Positions 45,910 to 54,413 of a stretch of DNA of 64,000 bases are shown piece by piece. The position numbers were made by a program, and so were the translations under genes. The DNA is from a virus, in IMG/VR virus record IMGVR_UViG_3300042509_002293, positions 1-64,000 of that record. One strand, written 5' to 3'. Each line of letters opens with the position of its first letter. Positions within the stretch are counted from its first letter, which is position 1. A model generated the notes under the pieces. It was given only the letters and a program-made list of their open reading frames with translations. It was not told where the DNA came from and made no database searches.

Positions 45910-46407
45910 ATGCGAGACGGCGACGAGTTCCTGGAGGAACTGAAGGAGGAGTTGGTCCGCGAGGACCTCCGCCCCGGGATCTTTGACCTGAACCCGAAGG
46001 ACGCCGTGGGGGCCACGAAGCTCCCGCTCCACCTCTGGCCGATGACGGCCACGGCGATGGGCTCGATCGCGATGCTCAACGGGGCCCTGAAGTACGGACG
46101 ATCCAACTGGAGGGTCGCCGGAGTCCGGGCAAGCATCTACGTCGACGCCTGCCAGCGTCACCTCGCCGCGTGGTTCGAGGGCCACGAGGCCGACGAGGAG
46201 GGCGTCCCCCACCTCGCCAGCGCCCTGGCCTGCATCGCGATCGTGATCGACGCCCAGGCCGCCGGAAAGCTTCGCGATGACCGACAGGTCCAGGGCGGGT
46301 ATCGCGAACTCGTGGCGTCCCTGACTCCGCACGTCTCGCGGCTCAAGGAACGACACGAAGCTCGCGGCCCGCGACACTGGACCATCGCTGACAACAGCCA
46401 GCCGTGA
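45910..46407 (+). CDS. dATP/dGTP diphosphohydrolase domain protein (DUF5664-like)
   Basis: NPKDAVG..KLPLHL...GALKYGRSNWR...RHL.AW..G...D...HLA.ALAC. Confidence 0.8.
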   Translation: MRDGDEFLEELKEELVREDLRPGIFDLNPKDAVGATKLPLHLWPMTATAMGSIAMLNGALKYGRSNWRVAGVRASIYVDACQRHLAAWFEGHEADEEGVPHLASALACIAIVIDAQAAGKLRDDRQVQGGYRELVASLTPHVSRLKERHEARGPRHWTIADNSQP

Positions 46408-46428
46408 GAGGCGGCCACTCGCCCTCGC

Positions 46429-47334
46429 CTACCCCGAGTGGTCGCCCCCGGCTGGCCTGTTGTCGCGGTGAAGCGACGGCAGGACGTGGCAGGGCGGAGT
46501 TCCCAGGTCTGCATAGCGAGGATCTAGGTATGCCCTCGTGACGCGTGGGCTACTGTGATCAAGCAGGAGGGTGGCATTGCCTCCCCGGGCAGCGAAGTGT
46601 GACGCCGCGCAGCGTCTCAGTTGATGAAATTTCGCTCGCCGACCTCCGGGAAGTCCGGCCGCCTGGACGATATCGCCGAACCGCTTCCAGATGTGCGCGT
46701 AGCAGCGGTCCCACTTGAAGATCAGGTCCGTCGGTGACTTCCCTCGGCACATCGCGTCGACGAGTTCGCACGTCTCGTCGGTGAGCGTGTAGAGCCGGTC
46801 CCGTTTCCCGCCCTTGCGGTGCTCGGCCTTCACGAGGAGCCTCGGGCTGCTCCAGTCCTCGACGCGAGCGGCGAAGATCGCGCCGCACCGTTCTGCGGTC
46901 TCGTAGAGCACACAGATCAGGGTCCGCCAAAAGAGCCCCGCCGGAATGCCGCTGATCCTCCCCGGCGTCGCCCCGGCGACCAGGGCGAGATGCTGGAGTT
47001 CTGCGACGGACCAGCATGACGGAACCCGTTCGGGGAGACGGGCGGAGGGGGGCACGCACGGCGCGGTGGGGACGATGCCGCGATCACGAGCGAACCGCCA
47101 GAGCGAACACAACTGATTGCGTTCTTTCTCGCTCGTGTAGGGGCTCCTCTCCCTCGATCGCTTGTCGAGGAACCTCGACAGCACGAGGTCGTCAAAGTCA
47201 GCCGTCGTCGCCGGCCTGCCGAGGAATTTGTCGAAAGTCCTCAGTGTGCAGTGGTAGAGCCGGGTGGTGTTCTCAGATCGGCCCCGCAGACGAAGCGGGC
47301 GGAAGTGTTCCTCGAATAACTCGTTGAGTTTCAT
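46429..47334 (-). CDS. int: Tyrosine recombinase / integrase
   Basis: YETAER (R), RKGGK (K), HQLR (HxxR), DH and Y in DHSSPRVTRAY; GGAGGT RBS. Confidence 0.9.
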   Translation of the reverse strand: MKLNELFEEHFRPLRLRGRSENTTRLYHCTLRTFDKFLGRPATTADFDDLVLSRFLDKRSRERSPYTSEKERNQLCSLWRFARDRGIVPTAPCVPPSARLPERVPSCWSVAELQHLALVAGATPGRISGIPAGLFWRTLICVLYETAERCGAIFAARVEDWSSPRLLVKAEHRKGGKRDRLYTLTDETCELVDAMCRGKSPTDLIFKWDRCYAHIWKRFGDIVQAAGLPGGRRAKFHQLRRCAASHFAARGGNATLLLDHSSPRVTRAYLDPRYADLGTPPCHVLPSLHRDNRPAGGDHSG

Positions 47335-47444
47335 TGTGCGTACCTCCAAAAGGAAAAGGGGGAGAATACGCGTCCTTGCGGTGAGAACATCCCTGCGTTG
47401 GGGGGCCCTGACCAAGCGTGCCGAGTGACGGTGCCGTTTTACCG

Positions 47445-47732
47445 CTACGACCGACACCCGCGACGGTCTCCTTTCACGGCTACTCGAATGTCTTCTCCGA
47501 TCGCGAGCGCGGCGTACTCGATCGTGTTCATCGGCGGCTCGTCGCGGCTCCCGTCGAACATGAGAACGAGGTGATACGGGATCACCTCCCGGACGATCTT
47601 CCGCACAGCCTCGTTGCCGACGACGCGTCCAACTCTGGACTCGACGATCTCGGCGATTCGCTCGACGTCCTTGTCGAAGTCTCTGAGTGGATGCGTCTCG
47701 GTTTCTTTGACGTCATCCCAGAAGGGCTTCAT
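47445..47732 (-). CDS. Hypothetical protein
   Basis: 95-aa ORF co-oriented with integrase. Confidence 0.5.
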   Translation of the reverse strand: MKPFWDDVKETETHPLRDFDKDVERIAEIVESRVGRVVGNEAVRKIVREVIPYHLVLMFDGSRDEPPMNTIEYAALAIGEDIRVAVKGDRRGCRS

Positions 47733-47824
47733 GGCAGAGCCTCACGCCTGAGTGTTTTTTGCGTCGAGAGAAGTTCCCGCCGCCGTCTCAATACTGGTGT
47801 CCCCGCCACTTGAATGTCAAGCCT

Positions 47825-47851
47825 GGGGGTTCCGGAAGGTCCGGAACCCCC
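47825..47851. promoter_or_regulatory. Perfect 12-bp inverted repeat in divergent intergenic region
   Basis: GGGGGTTCCGGA-AGG-TCCGGAACCCCC. Confidence 0.6.
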
Positions 47852-47890
47852 GGTTTTAGCCCGGAAAGTACGGACAGACGGAGGTTTCCC

Positions 47891-48334
47891 GTGCCAAAGG
47901 ACAGAATCGTGTCGATCGGCGAGGCGGCGGCCCTCAGGGGGCTGACGGAGGAGGCCATCATCAAGGCGATTGCCTCCGGGAGGCTCTTCGTCCACCAGTT
48001 GTCCGGGAAGGGGTACATGCTCTCGGAGAGGCAGGTCCTCGGGCGGAGTTTCGACAAGCAGGAATTCCAGCGAATGTGCCGGCAGTACGTCTCGGTTCCC
48101 GAGGCCTGCAACATCGTCTGGAAGACCGACGCGGCCGTCATGCGGGACATCCGCAAGGGGAGGATCAAGGGATTCCGGCTCAACAGCCGGTGCTGGGCGG
48201 TCCTCAAGGCCAGCGCCGAGGACGAGTTCCGCGACTACCTGGAGAACGGGCGTCGCCGGGTCGGCCGGCCCAGGGCCGTCGGCGAGACCCGGTCCCCCCG
48301 GGACCTGAGACGGAAGATTTTGCGGAAACGCTGA
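47891..48334 (+). CDS. Tandem helix-turn-helix (excisionase/HTH_17-like) protein
   Basis: VSIGEAAALRGLTEEAI..AI.SGRL and VSVPEAC..V..T..AV.RDIR.GRI; GGAGGT RBS. Confidence 0.75.
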   Translation: MPKDRIVSIGEAAALRGLTEEAIIKAIASGRLFVHQLSGKGYMLSERQVLGRSFDKQEFQRMCRQYVSVPEACNIVWKTDAAVMRDIRKGRIKGFRLNSRCWAVLKASAEDEFRDYLENGRRRVGRPRAVGETRSPRDLRRKILRKR

Positions 48335-48354
48335 TCTGGGGTACAATCGGCACG

Positions 48355-48558
48355 GTGTTGCGAATACTGACCACTGTCGAGGCGGCGGCCGAACTCGGGA
48401 CCAGTCCGTCGAGCATTTCTCGCGCCGCGAGGAGGGCCGACGTCGGGCTGCGTCGCGAGGACGGTCGCCTCGTCGGCATCAGCCGCAGCGACATGGCGAA
48501 GATCAGGAAGCTGCTCCGGTACAAGGCCGGCAACCCCAACTTCGGAAAGAAGAAGTGA
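48355..48558 (+). CDS. Small HTH protein
   Basis: LTTVEAAAELGTSPSSISR. Confidence 0.65.
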   Translation: MLRILTTVEAAAELGTSPSSISRAARRADVGLRREDGRLVGISRSDMAKIRKLLRYKAGNPNFGKKK

Positions 48559-49424
48559 TGCCGCACACCGTGTACTACAGCGACGACTTCTGCCGTGCCA
48601 CCCACGCGTTCGACACGACAAGGAAGTCGAGGTGGGTCGCCGACTCGCTCCGCACTCGTCCGGTGGACGGGGTCTCGCTGGAGGCACCGGCTCCGGCTGC
48701 GGTCGCTGACGTCGAGGCCGTCCACGCCCCGGAGTACGTCGCGGCCATCCGGGACGGCGAGCCCGACGGCGTCGCCAGCAGCAGCGGGCTGGCATGGTGC
48801 GAGTCCATGCTCGGATCGGTTCTGGCAAGCACGGGAGGCATGGTCGCGGCGGTGACGCGGGCCGCCCGGAGCGGCGTCGCCGGCTCGCTGTCGTCCGGCA
48901 TGCACCACGCCCGGCGGAGCCACGGTCTCGGATTCTGCACGTTCAATGGGCTCGTCGTCGCCGCGAGGGCAGCCGAGGCTCTGGGGTACGAGCGGATCCT
49001 GATTCTCGACCTCGACGCCCACGGTGGAGGCGGGACGGCTTCTCTTATTTCCGGAAATGTACGGATAAGCCACCTCGACCTCGTCGTCGACCCGTTCGAC
49101 GTTCACGAAGACTCGATCGACCTGTCCCGGAGAAGCCCGCTCGACTACCTGACCGTGCTCTCGGCCTCCCTGGAGGCCCTCCGCCCGGACTTCGTCATCT
49201 ACAACGCCGGCATGGACGTCGCCGAGGGGGACTGCGGCCCCGGCGGCTTCGACTCGCGGATCATCGCCGCCCGCGAGGTGACGGTCTTCGAGTGGGCTCA
49301 GCGGATCGGGGTGCCCATCTGCTACGGACTCGCCGGCGGGTACGAGTCGCCGACCCGGTCGCGGGAGTCGCTCGTGGCTCACCATCGCTCGACCATCAGG
49401 GCCGCAGAGCGGATCTGCGGCTGA
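48558..49424 (+). CDS. Histone-deacetylase (HDAC/AcuC) family protein
   Basis: VH.PEY, GMHHA, GFCTFN, ILDLDAHGG, YNAGMD, GGY. Confidence 0.9.
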   Translation: MPHTVYYSDDFCRATHAFDTTRKSRWVADSLRTRPVDGVSLEAPAPAAVADVEAVHAPEYVAAIRDGEPDGVASSSGLAWCESMLGSVLASTGGMVAAVTRAARSGVAGSLSSGMHHARRSHGLGFCTFNGLVVAARAAEALGYERILILDLDAHGGGGTASLISGNVRISHLDLVVDPFDVHEDSIDLSRRSPLDYLTVLSASLEALRPDFVIYNAGMDVAEGDCGPGGFDSRIIAAREVTVFEWAQRIGVPICYGLAGGYESPTRSRESLVAHHRSTIRAAERICG

Positions 49425-49447
49425 TCACCAAGGAAGGAGAGTTCGTC

Positions 49448-49675
49448 ATGGAAAAGACGTGTGAACGCTGCGTGTTCTGGACCGCCCCGTCCGGGCCGTC
49501 GCCGTGGCATCAGCCCGGCATGCCTCCGGTCGGCGGGGGGCAGTGCCGCCGAAACGCCCCGATTGCCGTTCCGATGCCTCCGATGGCCGGCATGCCTCCC
49601 CCGGGCACGCACTGGCCGCTCACGGCCCCCACGGACTTCTGCGGAGAGTTCTCCCCGCGAGAGGCCTCGTCGTGA
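49448..49675 (+). CDS. Small Cys-rich protein
   Basis: CERCVFW...GQCRRNAP...WP.T...DFCGEF. Confidence 0.65.
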   Translation: MEKTCERCVFWTAPSGPSPWHQPGMPPVGGGQCRRNAPIAVPMPPMAGMPPPGTHWPLTAPTDFCGEFSPREASS

Positions 49676-50064
49676 GCGGAGTCGACCATCCCTCGCACTA
49701 CAACTCGCACCCCAGCGGCGTCGAGGCGATCGACATCGTCGAGCACCTGCCGTTCAACGTCGGCAACGCTCTGAAGTACGTCTTCAGGCGAGAGCACAAG
49801 GGCCGGGAACGCGAGGACCTGGAGAAGGCCGTCTGGTACCTGAGGCGGGAACTGGAGCGGATCCGCAAGTCTCGCGATTTTGATCGATGGACGCCGACGG
49901 ACGGATACCTGAAGGCGGTCGCGGCCGCGTCGGCCAGGGACCCGTCCCCGGAGATCGGCGAGGTGATCTCGCTGCTCGCCACGTCCAGGTTCGACGAAAG
50001 CCCGGAGGCCGCATCGATCCGAGAGAGCCTCCGCATCCTCTGCCGAATCCTGGAGTCGACATGA
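49672..50064 (+). CDS. DUF3310 (T7 gp1.7-like) protein
   Basis: VDHPSHY...EAID...GNALKY..R..HKG...DLEKA.WYL. Confidence 0.85.
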   Translation: MSGVDHPSHYNSHPSGVEAIDIVEHLPFNVGNALKYVFRREHKGREREDLEKAVWYLRRELERIRKSRDFDRWTPTDGYLKAVAAASARDPSPEIGEVISLLATSRFDESPEAASIRESLRILCRILEST

Positions 50065-50282
50065 GAGACCACGACCGCAACGTCCGCCGTGTCGCCGAGT
50101 GGTTCGCGCTCGCCGTGTTCGTCGCCCTCCCCGTGGCGTCACTCTTCGGCGACGAAGGGCTCAAGGCGTTCACGGTCGCAGCGGCGGCCACCAGCATTGT
50201 CGCCGTGTCGCCGATCTTCTACGAACTCATGGAACTGACGATCGAAACCTCGACTAGAAAGGAATCCGATGATCACGTTTGA
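50061..50282 (+). CDS. Small membrane protein
   Basis: Two hydrophobic segments. Confidence 0.5.
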   Translation: MRDHDRNVRRVAEWFALAVFVALPVASLFGDEGLKAFTVAAAATSIVAVSPIFYELMELTIETSTRKESDDHV

Positions 50283-50580
50283 CGAACTCGTCGACCTCGT
50301 GGAGCGGTGGGCGAGCGACCGGAGGATCGTTCCGAACAGCACCCCCCAGGCCCAGCTTCTCAAGACAGTGAGCGAACTCGGGGAACTCTCCGACGCGACG
50401 CTCAAGGGAGACGAGGCCGAGGTCGTCGACGGAGTCGGGGACGTGCTCGTGACTCTGATCATCTACGCGAAGCTCCAGGGGCTCGACCTCACCCACTGCC
50501 TGAACTCCGCCTACCAGACGATCCGCAACCGGCGGGGCACGCTCACGCCCGAGGGCGTGTTCGTGAAGGAGGGGGCGTGA
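50269..50580 (+). CDS. MazG-like NTP pyrophosphohydrolase
   Basis: WA.DR...QLLK..SELGEL...DGVGDVLVTL...CL..AY..I..R.G...FVK. Confidence 0.85.
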   Translation: MITFDELVDLVERWASDRRIVPNSTPQAQLLKTVSELGELSDATLKGDEAEVVDGVGDVLVTLIIYAKLQGLDLTHCLNSAYQTIRNRRGTLTPEGVFVKEGA

Positions 50581-51164
50581 GGAAGATCATCTCGCTCTTC
50601 CAGCGAAACTACGGCGGCGACCATCTCGTTCGGGGCGAGGTCGTGCCCGGGGCCGAGTGGGTGATTGCCGGAGAGGGCACCCCGACGCGAAAGTACGACG
50701 GGACGTGCTGCCTCATCAGGGACGGCAGGCTCTACAGGCGGTTCGACGCCAAGCGGGGGAAGTCGCCTCCCGGTGGGTTCATTCCGGCCCAGGACCCGGA
50801 CCCCGTGACCGGGCACTGGCCCGGATGGTTGCTCGTCGACTTCGACAACCCGGCCGACCGCTGGCATGCCGTGGCATCGATTGGACGCTCGCTCGTCGGC
50901 ATGGACGGGACCTGGGAACTGTGCGGACCCAAGATCAACGGCAACCCGGAGGGTCTCCTCGAACACCAACTGCTCCGGCACGGATACCCGCTAGACGACT
51001 GCGACGCGAGGGACTACCTGTCCATCCGGGACTACCTCTCAGGCAAGGACATCGAGGGCATCGTCTGGCATCACCCGGACGGCCGCATGGTGAAGATCAA
51101 GAAGCGGGACTTCGGGCTTGACCGTAATACGGATACGAGTACACTCTCGGCCGCTGTCCCGTAG
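50577..51164 (+). CDS. ATP-dependent RNA ligase, RLIG1/C12orf29 (DUF5565)-like
   Basis: Motif I TRKYDGTCC, GHWPGW, ELCGPKINGNP, IEGIVWH..DG.MVKIK. Confidence 0.8.
   Translation: MRKIISLFQRNYGGDHLVRGEVVPGAEWVIAGEGTPTRKYDGTCCLIRDGRLYRRFDAKRGKSPPGGFIPAQDPDPVTGHWPGWLLVDFDNPADRWHAVASIGRSLVGMDGTWELCGPKINGNPEGLLEHQLLRHGYPLDDCDARDYLSIRDYLSGKDIEGIVWHHPDGRMVKIKKRDFGLDRNTDTSTLSAAVP
51118..51145 (+). promoter_or_regulatory. Putative promoter for the Y RNA array and Ro60
   Basis: TTGACC-16 nt-TACACT ending about 10 nt before the first RNA unit. Confidence 0.5.
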
Positions 51165-51225
51165 TGAAGAGCGCGGTTACTCCACAATTGCTAGGAAAGA
51201 ACACCGCACTCGCTTGTTCTCGGGC
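51156..51225 (+). ncRNA. Y RNA-like unit 1 (minimal, Ro-binding stem only)
   Basis: CGTAGTG...CGGTTACTCC...TGTTCTCG framework shared with units 2-4. Confidence 0.6.
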
Positions 51226-51240
51226 GATAAATCAATCCAC

Positions 51241-51339
51241 AGGCGTAGTGATATGGGTCGGCTACTTCATGGATGAACGATCGGCCTCGTGCTGATTGGC
51301 CGGTTCGAGCCCGGCATCCGCCCCAGCCCGTTCTCGCCT
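51241..51339 (+). ncRNA. Y RNA-like unit 2 (T-arm only)
   Basis: AGGCG/CGCCT closing stem; GCCGG-TTCGAGC-CCGGC T-arm. Confidence 0.7.
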
Positions 51340-51346
51340 CTCGATA

Positions 51347-51473
51347 CAGGGACGTAGTGTTGTTCGCGGCTACTTCAAGTGGACGCAAGTTCGAGTCTTG
51401 CCGCCTGGGGCTGCGCTGCCTTCGGCGACGCCGGTGCTGGCTCCCGGCACCGCGAGCAGTTGTTCTCGCCCTG
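51347..51473 (+). ncRNA. Y RNA-like unit 3
   Basis: CAGGG/CCCTG closing stem; GCAAG-TTCGAGT-CTTGC T-arm plus extra hairpins. Confidence 0.7.
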
Positions 51474-51482
51474 ACAATCCTC

Positions 51483-51620
51483 GGCTGTAGTGAAGAGGTC
51501 GGCTACTTCTTTTAGGAAGACGAGACGCCGGTTCGACTCCGGCCCCCTCCACTGCAAAGGCCCCGGAGGGGTAGCTCAACGGTAGAGCGCGATACGTTCC
51601 GTCCTCGCCTGTTCTCGGCC
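51483..51620 (+). ncRNA. YrlA-type Y RNA with permuted tRNA-like domain
   Basis: T-arm GCCGG-TTCGACT-CCGGC, closed acceptor-like stem CCCCTCC/GGAGGGG, then D-arm TAGCTCAACGGTAGAGC; next to Ro60. Confidence 0.85.
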
Positions 51621-51652
51621 TTGGTTTTCCTCCAGTCCAGAAAGGGATCCCG

Positions 51653-52951
51653 ATGAAGCTCAACGTCGCAGACTACTCCCGCCAGACGACCCACGAGGGC
51701 GGGCCAGCCAAGCGGATCTCGCCCGAGCAGGAACTCCGTCGGAGCGTCCTCTCGTGCCTCTTGTGGGAGAAGCAGTTCTACGAGGACGGCCAGGACATCG
51801 CCGATCGCATCGAGAGTCTCTGCGAGAAGGTCGATCCCAGCGTGATCGCGGCCCTCGCTGTCGAGGCCAGGACGGCATTCCACCTCCGGCATGTTCCGCT
51901 CCTCCTGGCGTCGTGCCTCGCCAAGCGGGGCGGAGGACGTCTCGTGGCCGACACGGTCGAGGCCGTGGTCCAGCGTGCAGACGAGTTGGCCGAGATCCTC
52001 GCCGTCTACTGGCGGAACGGCCGGTGCCCGATCTCGAACGGCCTGAAGAAGGGCCTCGCCCTCGCGTTCACGAAGTTCTCGCCGTACCAACTGGCAAAGT
52101 ACAACCGAGACGGAGCGATCAAGCTCCGGGACGTCCTGTTCCTCGTCCACGCCAAGCCCAAGGACGCCGATCAGGCGGAGACCTGGAAGAAGCTCGTCGA
52201 CGGCACCCTTGAGTCTCCCGATACCTGGGAGGTCTCGCTCTCCGCCGGTGCCGGCAAGCGTGAGACGTTCGAGAGGCTCATCCGAGAGGGGAAGCTCGGC
52301 TATCTCGCCCTCCTGCGGAACCTCCGCAATATGGCCGAGGCCGGGGTCGACTCCTCGGCGGTCAAGAATGCGATCCTCTGCCGTGCCGGCGCCGGCCGGG
52401 TGCTGCCGTTCCGCTACGTTGCGGCGGCGAGGGCCTGCCCGCAGTACGAGACGACGCTCGACATCGCCCTGCTTGCGGCCATCTCGGAACTGCCGGCCCT
52501 GCCGGGCAAGACGCTCGTGCTCGTCGACATCTCCGGGAGCATGGACTCCGCATTGTCTGGAAAGAGTGACCTGAGGCGGATCGACGCGGCGGCCGCCCTG
52601 GCGAGCATCATTCCCGGGGACGTGCGGGTCTTCTCGTTCACCGACGCAGTCAAGGAGGTCCCGCCCAGGCGGGGCATGGCGGGGGTCGACGCGATCCTCT
52701 CGTCTCAGCCCCACGGCGGGACGTACCTTGGCCATGCCGTGAAGGCGATGAATGCGATCGAGCACGACCGGCTCGTGGTCATCACCGACGAGCAGTCGGC
52801 GGACTCCGTCCCGGACCCGCTCGCGAAGCATGCCTACATGATCAACGTGGCCTCGCACCGCAACGGTGTCGGCTACGGACGCTGGACCCACCTCGACGGA
52901 TTCTCCGAGAACGTCATCCGCTTCATCGCAGAGAGCGAGGCGGGCCGATGA
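51653..52951 (+). CDS. rsr: Ro60/Rsr (TROVE + vWA) RNA-binding protein
   Basis: THEGG.A, LW...FYE.G, YQLAKY, TWE..LS, ALLRNLRN, PFRY, DISGSM, GGT, ITDEQ, GFSE. Confidence 0.92.
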   Translation: MKLNVADYSRQTTHEGGPAKRISPEQELRRSVLSCLLWEKQFYEDGQDIADRIESLCEKVDPSVIAALAVEARTAFHLRHVPLLLASCLAKRGGGRLVADTVEAVVQRADELAEILAVYWRNGRCPISNGLKKGLALAFTKFSPYQLAKYNRDGAIKLRDVLFLVHAKPKDADQAETWKKLVDGTLESPDTWEVSLSAGAGKRETFERLIREGKLGYLALLRNLRNMAEAGVDSSAVKNAILCRAGAGRVLPFRYVAAARACPQYETTLDIALLAAISELPALPGKTLVLVDISGSMDSALSGKSDLRRIDAAAALASIIPGDVRVFSFTDAVKEVPPRRGMAGVDAILSSQPHGGTYLGHAVKAMNAIEHDRLVVITDEQSADSVPDPLAKHAYMINVASHRNGVGYGRWTHLDGFSENVIRFIAESEAGR

Positions 52952-53154
52952 TGAAGCTCGCAGCATCGGCGACGGTGGGAGTCCTGGCGATCATTTTCCT
53001 GGTCGCGATCTATCTCGCGGCCGGTCTCGCCGCCATGATCGCCTGGAATCTCTGCATGCCGTCGCTGTTCGCCCTGCCACGGGCGACGTTCGCCAACGGA
53101 GTCGGGCTTGCGATCCTGTCCAGCCTCATGCAGGTGCGTTTCCCGGCCAAATAG
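52951..53154 (+). CDS. Small membrane protein
   Basis: Hydrophobic; WN..MP.LF.LP. Confidence 0.55.
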   Translation: MKLAASATVGVLAIIFLVAIYLAAGLAAMIAWNLCMPSLFALPRATFANGVGLAILSSLMQVRFPAK

Positions 53155-53161
53155 CTGCCTA

Positions 53162-53190
53162 TTGCATCGGCTTGCCGATAGTGCTATGAT
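53162..53190 (+). promoter_or_regulatory. sigma70-like promoter with internal palindrome
   Basis: TTGCAT-17 nt-TATGAT containing ATCGGC-TT-GCCGAT; AAGGAGGT RBS follows. Confidence 0.65.
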
Positions 53191-53216
53191 CGGGCACCAA
53201 CCCAAGGAGGTGCCCG

Positions 53217-53597
53217 ATGCCCGCAACTAAGAGCCTGACCAAGTCCGACGAAATCGAGACGCTGCACGGCTTCGTGCAGTCCCTTCCTCGCTTCTCGTAC
53301 CTGCGATCGGCCCTGGAGCCGTTCCTGGTCGACTTCGAGCGGGGCGTCTACTCGGACTACGTTCCGAGTGTCCGCGAGTCCTGGGACGCCAGGATCGCCG
53401 CCGACAAGGAGGCCTCCGAGGCCAGAGCGAAGGCCCAGGAGGCACGCAACGACGCCGAGAAGGCTCGTCGCGAGGGGTGCCTTGTCCACGCCCAGCTTCA
53501 GAAGCTCGTCGAGGCCCTTCGTGAAGTGAAGGTCTCGGCCGAGGTCGCCGAGCGTTCGGCCAAGGGCGTGGCGTCCAAGCTGTCTTCATCCCTCTGA
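53217..53597 (+). CDS. Hypothetical coiled-coil protein
   Basis: Strong RBS, helical C-terminus. Confidence 0.7.
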   Translation: MPATKSLTKSDEIETLHGFVQSLPRFSYLRSALEPFLVDFERGVYSDYVPSVRESWDARIAADKEASEARAKAQEARNDAEKARREGCLVHAQLQKLVEALREVKVSAEVAERSAKGVASKLSSSL

Positions 53598-53617
53598 AAG
53601 TACGGAAAGGGGCACCG

Positions 53618-54010
53618 ATGGCCATCACGCTGCACGAACCGTTCTTCATCTCGTCACGACTGCTGCCGGCGATCCGGGTCGGCGGCGCGACGGTGAGCAT
53701 CGAGTACGCGGCCATCCCGCCCCGGGGGGGTGTCCGCTACCGCTACCACATCGATTTCCCGGACGGAACAACGCACTCCTCGGAAGACCTCAGGTCCGGA
53801 GTGAAGGGAGGGAGCCTCAAGTCGGGCATGGAAGCCCTTTTGTCATTTCTGGCGGCCTGCGGGGAGTCGAGAGCCCCGTCGGCGACATACCCAGGCGAGA
53901 ACGCAGACCTGTTCCCCGACACGGTCGGCGAGTGGGCCTACCAGCACAAGGACGAGATCGAGGCCCTCAGCCTGTGGATCGAGGAGGCCCGGGACTGCTG
54001 CATCGAATGA
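53618..54010 (+). CDS. Hypothetical protein
   Basis: RBS; DLRSG...LLSFL.A..E...FP..V.EWA. Confidence 0.7.
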   Translation: MAITLHEPFFISSRLLPAIRVGGATVSIEYAAIPPRGGVRYRYHIDFPDGTTHSSEDLRSGVKGGSLKSGMEALLSFLAACGESRAPSATYPGENADLFPDTVGEWAYQHKDEIEALSLWIEEARDCCIE

Positions 54011-54201
54011 AACTCGTGCGAGTGTCCCGGGGATGGTTTGAGACTCAGGACGGGAGGTACGCGGTCCTCAAGTCTCACGACGTGTGGCGTGTCGCCACGC
54101 TCGTGGACAGGGGGACGTGGACCAGCGAGGTGTACCGGACGAAGCGGGACGCCGTCGCGAGTGTGGCACGGAGGCTGACGCAAGAACGCACGGACTCGTA
54201 G
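54007..54201 (+). CDS. Hypothetical protein
   Basis: ATGA coupling. Confidence 0.55.
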   Translation: MKLVRVSRGWFETQDGRYAVLKSHDVWRVATLVDRGTWTSEVYRTKRDAVASVARRLTQERTDS

Positions 54202-54339
54202 GAGGGGGCATGGGTACCGACTTATTAGATTAACGCTCCGCCGTGAGCGTCAGCGGCCGCCTCGCATGGCGGTCTCCGCAGCGGTCGCCCAGCCGGGAGG
54301 TGGCGAGTAACGCCCGGCGCATGGCAAGTCCTTTCGACT

Positions 54340-54379
54340 CGGGGCCGGCGGTCTTTCGGGGCTGCCGGCCCCGTTTCTT
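54340..54379 (+). terminator. Intrinsic terminator
   Basis: CGGGGCCGGCGGTCT-TTCG-GGGCTGCCGGCCCCG then TTTCTT. Confidence 0.7.
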
Positions 54380-54384
54380 GCCGT

Positions 54385-54413
54385 TTGACAATGCTGCGGA
54401 GTCGGAGTATATT
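54385..54413 (+). promoter_or_regulatory. Near-consensus sigma70 promoter
   Basis: TTGACA-17 nt-TATATT. Confidence 0.7.

Noticed and set aside
46429-47334. Integron integrase IntI serving the attC-like array
   Set aside because: No IntI-specific insertion before box II, about 40 kb from the array, looks like an ordinary phage integrase
47335-47445. attP site near the integrase
   Set aside because: No tRNA-like core or arm repeats could be identified by eye
51483-51620. tRNA gene
   Set aside because: T-arm precedes D-arm, acceptor stem is closed by a loop and there is no 3' CCA end; next to Ro60, so YrlA-type Y RNA
54204-54345. tmRNA
   Set aside because: About 140 nt, no convincing T-stem, acceptor end or tag reading frame
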